NCBI GenBank assembly: GCA_046735395.1
Contig: JBJKQR010000063.1
Location: 1 to 64,000 of the forward strand
Origin: Fidelibacterota bacterium
GTDB taxonomy: Bacteria; Fidelibacterota; Fidelibacteria; Fidelibacterales; DSDE01
DNA length: 64,000 nucleotides
Reading direction: 5' to 3'
Positions 40,362-48,502 of the stretch are shown here, one piece after another (position 1 is the stretch's first letter; every line of letters begins with the position of its first letter). Position numbers and translations under genes: made by a program. A model generated the notes under the pieces. That model did no database searches and was not told the DNA's origin. It worked only from the letters and a program-made list of their open reading frames with translations.

Positions 40362-41269
40362 TAATTCTTCTTTTTTTCCTGATAGACCATCATTTCACCG
40401 ATCAGTCCCATGGATACCAGTTGAATACCGAGAATCAGCATCAATACACCAAAAATGAGCATGGCGATGTGTGACTTGAAAGGCTGGTTCAGGGCATATT
40501 TCATGATCAGAACCCAGATTTCAACCCCCACGCCGGCCAGAGATGCGAGCATGCCCAGCAACCCGAAAAAATGCATGGGACGGGTGGTGAAGCGGGCCAG
40601 GAACAGCACGGTGATGAGATCGAAGATGCCCTTGAAAATTCGTCCGAATCCGTACTTGCTCTTTCCCGTGGTCCGCGGATGGTGTGTGACCGGAATTTCC
40701 GTGGTCCGGAATCCTTCCATTTTTGCCAGAACCGGTATATAACGGTGAAGCTCTCCATAGAGGCTGACAGATTTCACAACCTCATTCCGATAGGCCTTGA
40801 GGCCGCAATTGAAATCATGGATATTGATGCCCGTCAGTGAGCGTATGGCTTTATTCCACAGTTTGGAGGGCAGGGTCTTATCCACCGGATCGTGGCGGAT
40901 TTTTTTCCAGCCGGACACGACATCCCAGCCTTCATCAATTTTTGCCACTAAAGCGGGAATTTCATCCGGATCATCCTGCAGGTCGCCATCCATGGTAATG
41001 ACATAATCCCCGGTTACACGACGGAAGCCCTGATGCAGGGCATCGGCCTTTCCCTTGTTATGCCGGAAATGTATAACCGACACGCTCTCGTTTTCAGCAG
41101 CCAGCCGGTCCAGAATTCCTTTTGTCCCGTCACTGCTGCCGTCATTTATGAAAAGAATTTCCACGCTGTAATCGTGGGTTCCGGCCGTTTTCATGATCCG
41201 CGTGCAGAGTTCCTCGACGGAGCCCTCTTCATTATAAACGGGAATGACAACCGAAATCGATTTACTCAT
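40361..41269 (-). CDS. Polyprenyl-phosphate glycosyltransferase (GtrB/ArnC-like GT2)
   Basis: VIPVYNE, DGSSD, MDGDLQDDP, DFNCGLK, HRYIP, SKYG; two C-terminal TMs. Confidence 0.9.
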   Translation of the reverse strand: MSKSISVVIPVYNEEGSVEELCTRIMKTAGTHDYSVEILFINDGSSDGTKGILDRLAAENESVSVIHFRHNKGKADALHQGFRRVTGDYVITMDGDLQDDPDEIPALVAKIDEGWDVVSGWKKIRHDPVDKTLPSKLWNKAIRSLTGINIHDFNCGLKAYRNEVVKSVSLYGELHRYIPVLAKMEGFRTTEIPVTHHPRTTGKSKYGFGRIFKGIFDLITVLFLARFTTRPMHFFGLLGMLASLAGVGVEIWVLIMKYALNQPFKSHIAMLIFGVLMLILGIQLVSMGLIGEMMVYQEKKKN

Positions 41270-42861
41270 TGTTCGACCTCCTGCAGCCGTATCTGTGCCG
41301 CTTTATAGTCCGGATCAAGTTCAAGAGCCTTTTTCAGGACAGCAAGGCCATCCGCTTTCCGGTTCAGTGAAAATAAGATTTCTGCCTGATGAAAATAAAT
41401 TTCCGCATTGGCGTCTCCCATCTGCAGGACTTTCTGCATGATATCATAGGCCTGGGAAACTTCGCCGATCTTGTACAGTATCCAGGCTTTGGTATCATAA
41501 TAGGAGCTGTTATCCGGATTCACCTCAATAGCCCGATTCACCATATCGAGAGCGTCATCCAGATTCTCACCCCGCTCTGCCAGGGAAAAGGAATAATTAT
41601 TCAGAGCCAGATCGTCCTTCGCGTCCATGGCGATCAAATCCTGATAATACATGTCCGATTTGGAATAATTTCCCAGCCGGTCATAGAGAAGTGCCAGCTG
41701 ATGTGCAAGGGTTGTGTCCTCGGGACGGAGCGACATGACGGTTTCAAATTCATCGACGGCCTGAGCCAGAAGGCCCATCTCGCTGTAAGTGTTGCCGCGC
41801 AGCAGATGAAGCTGCACATTCAGGCTGTCACGCTTCAGTCCTTCCCCGGTCACCTGCAGGGCCAGATCATACATTTTGTGGTCATAGGCCCAGTAGGCGT
41901 AGCCCTGAAAAGGCAGAGTCCCGCTGTTTTTAAAACTGATGGCCCGGTTATAATAGAACAGAACGCTATCGGGTTCATTTTTCGATTCATAAATGAGAGC
42001 CGCAAGGTGGGATATCCACCAGTTTTCCTGCCAACGGGAACGAAGGGGCTGAAGGGCGCGGAAAGCCTCATCATATTCATCCCGGCTGATGTAAAAATTT
42101 GTCAGGAACAGCTGGCTCTCCAGTTTGTCATCGGAGGCTTCCACCCAATCCCTGATGACCGCCAGGGCCTTGTCCTCCTTGTCCCGCATCAGATATATCT
42201 GAATGAGGCTGTAATAATACGGCCCCTTCTGAGGATAGAGTCGGATCAGTTTCCGGGCATAGGGAATGGCCTCATCCAGCTTGTTTTCCTTTTTCAGGAC
42301 ATCCGTCATATAGGTCAGGGCATCTTCATTATCCGGAGCGCTTTTCAGCAGAAGACGAAGATTCTCTTCCGCCTTGTCGTAGTCCTTTCCCTGCACATAG
42401 AGTTCATGCAGATGAAAAAAGGCGTCCAGAAAATCCGGGTCATTCCGACGGATGGCCTGCCAGTCCTTTTCCGCTCCGCTCACATCACCGACCAGAAGGG
42501 ATATCTGAGCCCGGATATTGCGCAGCTCGGAATTGCCCGGTTCCAGGTCCAGCGCTTTGCTGTAGCTGTCCAGGGCATCCTTGTATTTGTGAATATTCAG
42601 ATAGGCTTCAGCCAGCCGTGTATAAATCGTAACCGAGGCCGTATCCAGATTTGCAGCATCCTGATACTCCAGAATGGCGCGGGCATAATCTCCGCTCAGA
42701 CGGTACATTTCCGCAATATTGAATTTCTGAATCGCCGCTGTCGGATAATGACGAATTTCGGGCGTCGGATGCTCACCCTTGTGGCCGCTTCCCAGTGTGG
42801 TACAGGAAAAATTCAGGGATAGCGAGAAAATAGCTGTGAGCAGGATGATTAAGTTTTTCAT
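41266..42861 (-). CDS. Tetratricopeptide-repeat lipoprotein
   Basis: Lipobox NFSC; many TPR units; ALNNYSFSLAE...YYDTKAW. Confidence 0.88.
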   Translation of the reverse strand: MKNLIILLTAIFSLSLNFSCTTLGSGHKGEHPTPEIRHYPTAAIQKFNIAEMYRLSGDYARAILEYQDAANLDTASVTIYTRLAEAYLNIHKYKDALDSYSKALDLEPGNSELRNIRAQISLLVGDVSGAEKDWQAIRRNDPDFLDAFFHLHELYVQGKDYDKAEENLRLLLKSAPDNEDALTYMTDVLKKENKLDEAIPYARKLIRLYPQKGPYYYSLIQIYLMRDKEDKALAVIRDWVEASDDKLESQLFLTNFYISRDEYDEAFRALQPLRSRWQENWWISHLAALIYESKNEPDSVLFYYNRAISFKNSGTLPFQGYAYWAYDHKMYDLALQVTGEGLKRDSLNVQLHLLRGNTYSEMGLLAQAVDEFETVMSLRPEDTTLAHQLALLYDRLGNYSKSDMYYQDLIAMDAKDDLALNNYSFSLAERGENLDDALDMVNRAIEVNPDNSSYYDTKAWILYKIGEVSQAYDIMQKVLQMGDANAEIYFHQAEILFSLNRKADGLAVLKKALELDPDYKAAQIRLQEVEQ

Positions 42862-42878
42862 AGTATTTTTATTCGTGT

Positions 42879-42909
42879 AAAAAAACCCCCGTTGTTAGGC
42901 GGGGGTTTT
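42879..42909 (-). terminator. Intrinsic terminator
   Basis: Minus strand AAAACCCCCG-CCTAACAA-CGGGGG-TTTTTTT. Confidence 0.8.
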
Positions 42910-42935
42910 CTCAGCTTTTGTACAATTTCGAATTT

Positions 42936-43127
42936 TTATTTGTAGATTTCATTCTTGTTGCAGCTGCACACACCCAGGACCTTCTGCTTGAACTTCACGC
43001 CCGTATTCAGCGTGGCATCACTCATGAAATGTTTGACATAACTGATCTGATCTCCACAGACGGGACATGTTTTGCCCTGTTTTGCGCGGTTTGCAATCTT
43101 GGCTCCGAATCCACCCGGTCTTGCCAT
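42936..43127 (-). CDS. 63-aa basic protein with CxxC...CxC (putative Zn ribbon)
   Basis: ATG 43127 with GGAGG SD; MARPGGFGAKIANRAKQGKTCPVCG...VCSCNKNEIYK; followed by a terminator. Confidence 0.8.
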   Translation of the reverse strand: MARPGGFGAKIANRAKQGKTCPVCGDQISYVKHFMSDATLNTGVKFKQKVLGVCSCNKNEIYK

Positions 43128-43128
43128 T

Positions 43129-44829
43129 TTATACCTCCAATTCTTTCCGTTGCATGTTCGATTTTCCTTCAGGAACCGGCTGTGCATTTTCGATGAGCCC
43201 GGTACATTCCGCGGCATCTGTCGGATAGCAACTGCACAGCACCCGGACTTTCAATCTCTCGTGAATACTCTGAAAACTGAAATCAGATTCTTCCAGACGT
43301 TCGCGAATACGCAGCGCCGTTCCTTCCGCGGATTCACGTCCGCATTTGATAAGGATGACGGCAAAGGTACTCTGGTCCGTCCTTGCGAGGATATCAACCC
43401 GTCGAATACTCTCTCTCACCATTCCTGCAGCAGCACTGATCACATAATCCGCGAACAGATGCCCATGCATATCCTGCATGTGCTTGAAGTGGTCAATATC
43501 GACCTGCAGGTAGCTCACTTCGTATTCGTAACGTTTCGCCCTGTACACTTCTTCAAAGAACCGTTCCATGAATGCCCGGTGATTCAGCGTTCCCGTGAGG
43601 GCATCCACAGTCTCTATGCGCTTCATCGAACTGTACATGTCAAGACGATGAAATGCAGACGCAAAATTTAAGCCGATTAGCATCAGAACTTCAAGTTCTT
43701 TTTTAGTGAAATTCAAGGACTTAAAGGTCTCGATGGTCAGGGCGCCCACAACCTGATTTCCCACAATCAGCGGAACTCCGAGAACACTTTCAAACAGTTT
43801 CCCTTCCAGATCATGAGGACGGAAACGATGATCAATGGGCAGATGTTTTTCGTAATTATTGGACAGAATCTTTTCCCGGTTGACGATGATATAGCTCCAG
43901 ATTCCTTCCCCGAGCTGAAAAGTGCTGTCCGTCTCAAAATCCTCCGCGTAGCCGTCCACAAAGATAAATTTTCCCTCAACCGGATTATTCCGGGGCAGGA
44001 TGGCAATCGTGAGTTTATCGTAACTGAAAAATTCCCGGCTGACAGCGGCCAGATTTTCATAGAGCGCTTCCGGCGTTTCCACCACACTCATCAGCGTGTT
44101 GAAATTGGCAAGTTTCTTCAGAAAACTGCTTTTCTTGTCCAGCTGGTAAATGGCTTCCAGATACTGGAGGCCGGCGCTGATAATACTGCTGTTCGCTTCC
44201 AGAAAGGGAATGAAATCATTTTTAAACGCATTGTAACTGCTGGAATCGGCCGCGAGCACACCCACGATCTGATCTTCATAGCGGACCGGAGTCAGAACGA
44301 TACTCTTCGGCATGCTTCCCTTGACATATATTTCCTGCAGCTCATTTTCATCACCGGGATCAATTTCAAAAATCCGGCTGTATCCCTCCTCAAAGGGCAT
44401 GCCCAGAAATTTATTGCTCAGATTCACTTCATTCCGGATGTCATGGTCCGGCGTATGGATGCAGTTCTGCAGAAGAAAGATCTGCCGGCTGCTTTCATAC
44501 AGATAATAGTAGACGTTATCGACTTCCTGCCTCTGGCTGATCAGCTCGAGATTATTTTCGATAAAATCATCGTAATGAGCGCGAATACTCTTGGGCATGG
44601 CATATTCGAGATCAATCTGCGTATCGGATTTCCCGATGAAACGGGGAAGTGAAACCTGATAGCGCCCGAGCAGCGTAGACCAGGTCAGGCCGAATACGGC
44701 TACCAGAAGCAGTAATCTGGTTGCTGCAGACGCCGGAGATTCCGGCATTCCCGGATAAATAAAAACCAGAAAAGAAACAACAAACAGAATAATGAGAAGC
44801 AGGTATGTCGTACGTTTGGTTTTTGTCAA
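43129..44829 (-). CDS. Membrane protein with two GAF domains and a degenerate GGDEF domain
   Basis: Two N-terminal TMs; GAF motifs (PV...VGVL, VPL...VGAL); DALTG, DIDHFK; the active site reads RTDQSTF. Confidence 0.82.
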   Translation of the reverse strand: MTKTKRTTYLLLIILFVVSFLVFIYPGMPESPASAATRLLLLVAVFGLTWSTLLGRYQVSLPRFIGKSDTQIDLEYAMPKSIRAHYDDFIENNLELISQRQEVDNVYYYLYESSRQIFLLQNCIHTPDHDIRNEVNLSNKFLGMPFEEGYSRIFEIDPGDENELQEIYVKGSMPKSIVLTPVRYEDQIVGVLAADSSSYNAFKNDFIPFLEANSSIISAGLQYLEAIYQLDKKSSFLKKLANFNTLMSVVETPEALYENLAAVSREFFSYDKLTIAILPRNNPVEGKFIFVDGYAEDFETDSTFQLGEGIWSYIIVNREKILSNNYEKHLPIDHRFRPHDLEGKLFESVLGVPLIVGNQVVGALTIETFKSLNFTKKELEVLMLIGLNFASAFHRLDMYSSMKRIETVDALTGTLNHRAFMERFFEEVYRAKRYEYEVSYLQVDIDHFKHMQDMHGHLFADYVISAAAGMVRESIRRVDILARTDQSTFAVILIKCGRESAEGTALRIRERLEESDFSFQSIHERLKVRVLCSCYPTDAAECTGLIENAQPVPEGKSNMQRKELEV

Positions 44830-44902
44830 TTTTCCCCCGGTGTTCCGGCCGGAAAATTAGAAAAGCTGGCTGTCAATAACAATTCCTATTCGCCTGATGT
44901 TG

Positions 44903-45430
44903 TTATTTATCGTTGACCAGCCGGATCTCGTCATCAAAGTTCGGGCGATTATCCTGACTGCTGTCCGGAAGCTGGGGCTGGGATGCCAGCCGGGTTTCTC
45001 CGGCCGGAGCATAGCCCTGTGGGGCCGAGAGGTGTTGGCCGGGCGGAATGGCGGCAGCTTCGGACTCACCGGAAAGGGGCGACAGATTCGGATAATAAGC
45101 CGTATAACTGATGTACAGAGCCGAGACAACCAGAATGACGGCGGCAGCCGCAGACAGGGGCCTCATGAATGAATACAGGAAGGCGCTGCGGGAAGGGCTC
45201 TTCTTCCTGCCTGTTTCCATCAGCCTGGCTTTGAGCCGGTCATCGAAATTCGCTGAGCACTCAAAAGAATCAAGCGTTTTCAGAGACCTTGCATAGTCGC
45301 GCAGATCGTCTGCCAGACTACGGCATTCGGCACAGCTCTGCAGATGTGCGTCAGCCTGCTGCGTCTCAGAGATGGTCAGTGTACCCTCAATGTAATCAGA
45401 GGCGATTTCGTTAAAACGGTAACAATTCAT
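44903..45430 (-). CDS. Zinc-finger (zf-HC2) anti-sigma factor
   Basis: HLQSCAEC (HxxxCxxC); one TM; downstream of the ECF sigma. Confidence 0.85.
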   Translation of the reverse strand: MNCYRFNEIASDYIEGTLTISETQQADAHLQSCAECRSLADDLRDYARSLKTLDSFECSANFDDRLKARLMETGRKKSPSRSAFLYSFMRPLSAAAAVILVVSALYISYTAYYPNLSPLSGESEAAAIPPGQHLSAPQGYAPAGETRLASQPQLPDSSQDNRPNFDDEIRLVNDK

Positions 45431-45451
45431 CGTATAAGCATGACCTCCTTT

Positions 45452-46027
45452 TTATTCAAGTCCTTTGAGTATTTGCAGCAATTTCAGTCTTCCTCTGTTA
45501 ATCCTGCTCTTCACTGTCCCTTCAGGAACTTCTACTATTTTACTGATTTCCTCGTAACTAAGTTCCTGAATATCTCTTAGAATGATCACAGTCCGGAATT
45601 GTTCCGGTAATTTATACATTGCTTTCTGAATATCTTTTTTTGTAAACCTGCTGTCCGTTTCCCGGCCCGGGTCATCCAGATCCGAGGGAATTTCATATTC
45701 CTTGTCATCCAGCCCCATATCCTGCAGGGATGTGATACGGCGGCGACGGCGTTTCCGCAGTTCGGTCTTTGCCAGATTTGCCGCGATCGTGTATATCCAG
45801 GTGGAAAAACGGGCAATTTCCCGATACATGTCCGCGCTGGTATATAGTTTCACAAAGGTATCCTGGACGATATCCTCAGCAAGTTCCTCCTGGCCCACGA
45901 AACGGAATACAAAATTGAAGAGACGATCCCGATAACGGTTTACCAATTCGTAAAAAGCGCGTTCGTTTCCCTGCTGAAAATGTTTGATCAGTTCTTCGTC
46001 GCTGTACTTGATGCTCTCTTTTTTCAC
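45452..46027 (-). CDS. ECF sigma-70 factor
   Basis: AEDIVQDTF, FSTWIYTIA.N, LSYEEI...GTVKSRINRGR. Confidence 0.93.
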   Translation of the reverse strand: MKKESIKYSDEELIKHFQQGNERAFYELVNRYRDRLFNFVFRFVGQEELAEDIVQDTFVKLYTSADMYREIARFSTWIYTIAANLAKTELRKRRRRRITSLQDMGLDDKEYEIPSDLDDPGRETDSRFTKKDIQKAMYKLPEQFRTVIILRDIQELSYEEISKIVEVPEGTVKSRINRGRLKLLQILKGLE

Positions 46028-47031
46028 GCAGTTTCCAATATTTTTTCAATCAGCACAATTAAATTGCTCAGAGTGTCCATCGAGCTGGTCTTGATATACC
46101 GGTCTGCCTCAACCAGGGCTTCAAGTGCCCTGTCCAGCTGGTCCGTGTTGTAATTTCGCAGATAGGCCTTCAAATTGTCAATGTCATTTTTCCGGTAAAA
46201 TCCAAGGCTTCTGCACACACCGTCCATGGTCTGGCCGGCAGGAATTTTTCCCTTCAGTACCCGGAGCGCCCAGAAAAGGCTGTACAGATTCATTACTAAA
46301 AACACATCCGATGTTCCCTGGTCCACCAGAGTCTTCAGGATGGTGGCGGCTTTTTTCCGATCCCGTTTCCCCAGAGCCTGCTGCAGGTCTTCCGGGCGAT
46401 AATGGCGGTTGAATCCGCTGACGGCAAGGATATCCTCAATACGGATTTCAGGATTGTCCCCCACATACAGGATCAGCTTTTCCAGTTCATTGGCAAGTTC
46501 GTCCATCTGGCTTCCACAGTATTCCAGAAGCTTCGCGGATGCATCCGGGCTGATTTTCTTTCCCGATGCGTCCACATGACTGATGATCCATTGGGGAATT
46601 TCATTTTCAAAGGGCGCATTGCAATACAGTATCACGGCTGAATTTTCTATGTCAGCCAGGAATTTATTCCGTTTGTCAATGGCTGAGGCTGTACAGATCA
46701 GACAGTTTTCCGGCGCCGGCGCGCTCAGATATTTCTTCAGAATCTTTCTCAGGGAAAGGGACAGTTCCTTTACCTCCAGAATACGGATAAGCTTCCGGGT
46801 CTGAAAGAGTGACATGGAGAAAAGGGCATCCTCCAGATCGGCACTGCTGCATTCTCCAGCATTGATGACGACACGTTCCGCATCCGCGGCCTGCTGCCTG
46901 AACCGGGCTTCAATGACCGACGCGGCATAATCCTGTAGAAAATGCTCACTGCCGTACAGAAAGTACAGACTGGCAACCCTGCCTCGCTGAATGGCCGACA
47001 GGGACTGTGTGTACTCAGAGAACCAGCTCAT
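46024..47031 (-). CDS. holA: DNA polymerase III delta subunit
   Basis: YFLYGSE.FL, MSLF, NELEKL.LY, D..IKT; start at the ATGA overlap at 47031. Confidence 0.88.
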   Translation of the reverse strand: MSWFSEYTQSLSAIQRGRVASLYFLYGSEHFLQDYAASVIEARFRQQAADAERVVINAGECSSADLEDALFSMSLFQTRKLIRILEVKELSLSLRKILKKYLSAPAPENCLICTASAIDKRNKFLADIENSAVILYCNAPFENEIPQWIISHVDASGKKISPDASAKLLEYCGSQMDELANELEKLILYVGDNPEIRIEDILAVSGFNRHYRPEDLQQALGKRDRKKAATILKTLVDQGTSDVFLVMNLYSLFWALRVLKGKIPAGQTMDGVCRSLGFYRKNDIDNLKAYLRNYNTDQLDRALEALVEADRYIKTSSMDTLSNLIVLIEKILETA

Positions 47032-47834
47032 AGCATGAAGAATCCCAGACTGATAAGACCGATGGCCACACAGTAATAGGCAAATACATGAAAGCGTCCG
47101 CGAACCAGGATACCCAGCAGCCATTTGATGGCAGCATATCCGGCCAGAAAGGCAACAACCGTTCCTAAAATCACCGGCAGAATATGAAGGGTGGACCAGT
47201 CTGCATCCAGCGCCTCCAGCAGAGTCGCTCCCAGCACAACGGGGAGAGCCATGATGAAGGAAAATCTCGCGGCCTGTTCTTTATCTATTCCCTGAAAAAG
47301 CGCCGTTGAGATGGTAGTGCCGCTGCGGCTGATGCCGGGAACGATGGCAAGGGCCTGGGCCAGACCGATGATGAAAGTATTTGCCAGAGAAAGCCTTTTG
47401 TCAGATTTGCGAACAAAGCGCGTAAAATACAGTATCAGTCCGGTCACAATGAGGGATGCGCTGACGGCGGCCGGATTTTTAAACAGGGATTCGAAAAAAT
47501 CCTTGAACAGAACTCCGGCCACACCCGCCGGAATCATGGAGGCAATGATATACAGGCTCATCCGGAAATCTGCGTTGGCCGATTTTTCTCCGGATCGGCG
47601 CGCCAGGCCGGCAAGTCCGCTGAAAAATCCCTTCAGAATCTGCAGGATATCTTTGCGGAATATGATCAGCACGGAGAGAAAGGTTCCGAAATGCATGAAG
47701 ACTTCCATCATGATATCGTTGTTATGAATCCCCAGTAACTGTTCGGTGAGCACCAGATGGCCCGAAGAGCTCACCGGAAGAAATTCCGTGAATCCCTGTA
47801 CAAGGGCCAGAATAAGGGTCTGCAGTACCGTCAT
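47028..47834 (-). CDS. uppP: Undecaprenyl-diphosphate phosphatase
   Basis: QGFTEFLPVSSSGHL and PGISRSG. Confidence 0.95.
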   Translation of the reverse strand: MTVLQTLILALVQGFTEFLPVSSSGHLVLTEQLLGIHNNDIMMEVFMHFGTFLSVLIIFRKDILQILKGFFSGLAGLARRSGEKSANADFRMSLYIIASMIPAGVAGVLFKDFFESLFKNPAAVSASLIVTGLILYFTRFVRKSDKRLSLANTFIIGLAQALAIVPGISRSGTTISTALFQGIDKEQAARFSFIMALPVVLGATLLEALDADWSTLHILPVILGTVVAFLAGYAAIKWLLGILVRGRFHVFAYYCVAIGLISLGFFML

Positions 47835-48499
47835 TGTGTTTTTACTCCCATTACGGAAATCATCCGTTGTTCCGTTGCATTTCGTCTGTAGGAAAAATAT
47901 TCATTCCCTCCGCAGCAGGAGCAGATTCCGGAATCCTCGATATGCTCGCGCTTCAGACCGGATTTCAGCAGCCTTTCCATGGCATTTTCCTGTATGGATA
48001 GAAAAATTCGTCCTTCCCGGTCCTCCCAGTCGTCAGGAAAGACGGAACAGAGTTCCGCTCCCACTTCATAACAGCATTTCCGGATGGAGGGCCCCAGGGC
48101 CGCACGCAGGTCATCCCGTTTTCCTTCGGGCACCAGCCTGTCCAGAGCCTTTTCCAGAATATTTCCGGATAAGCCACGCCAGCCTGCGTGAACCAGCCCG
48201 CTGCGCTGTCGGGACGGAGAATACAGAAATACCGGAATACAGTCCGCCGTGCGCAGTGTCTGAAAAACTCCGCGACGGCTGCTGACCGATGCATCCGTTT
48301 CCGGGTAGACTCCCCCCTTATCCGCTTCAGCGATCCGGCTACCATGCACCTGTCCGAGACGGACAAGTTCCGGCTTCGTCACGCCCATATCCTGCAATGC
48401 GCTTTTCATTACATCCTCAACTGGCTCATTTCCTCCGGTCACAGTAAAGGCGATGAGATCCTCGTACTCCCTGAATACAGAAAAAGTGTGGATACCCAA
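47831..48499 (-). CDS. pgeF: Peptidoglycan editing factor/purine nucleoside phosphorylase PgeF (YfiH)
   Basis: QVHG, TADC, HAGWRG, GPSI..CCYEV, FSYRR. Confidence 0.92.
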   Translation of the reverse strand: MGIHTFSVFREYEDLIAFTVTGGNEPVEDVMKSALQDMGVTKPELVRLGQVHGSRIAEADKGGVYPETDASVSSRRGVFQTLRTADCIPVFLYSPSRQRSGLVHAGWRGLSGNILEKALDRLVPEGKRDDLRAALGPSIRKCCYEVGAELCSVFPDDWEDREGRIFLSIQENAMERLLKSGLKREHIEDSGICSCCGGNEYFSYRRNATEQRMISVMGVKTQ

Positions 48500-48502
48500 A
48501 AT

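Noticed and set aside
41389..42822. 477-aa plus-strand ORF
   Set aside because: Antisense shadow of the TPR lipoprotein, with no motifs. The same applies to 567-1502, 3546-4541, 16582-17559, 33505-34347 and 56995-57831.
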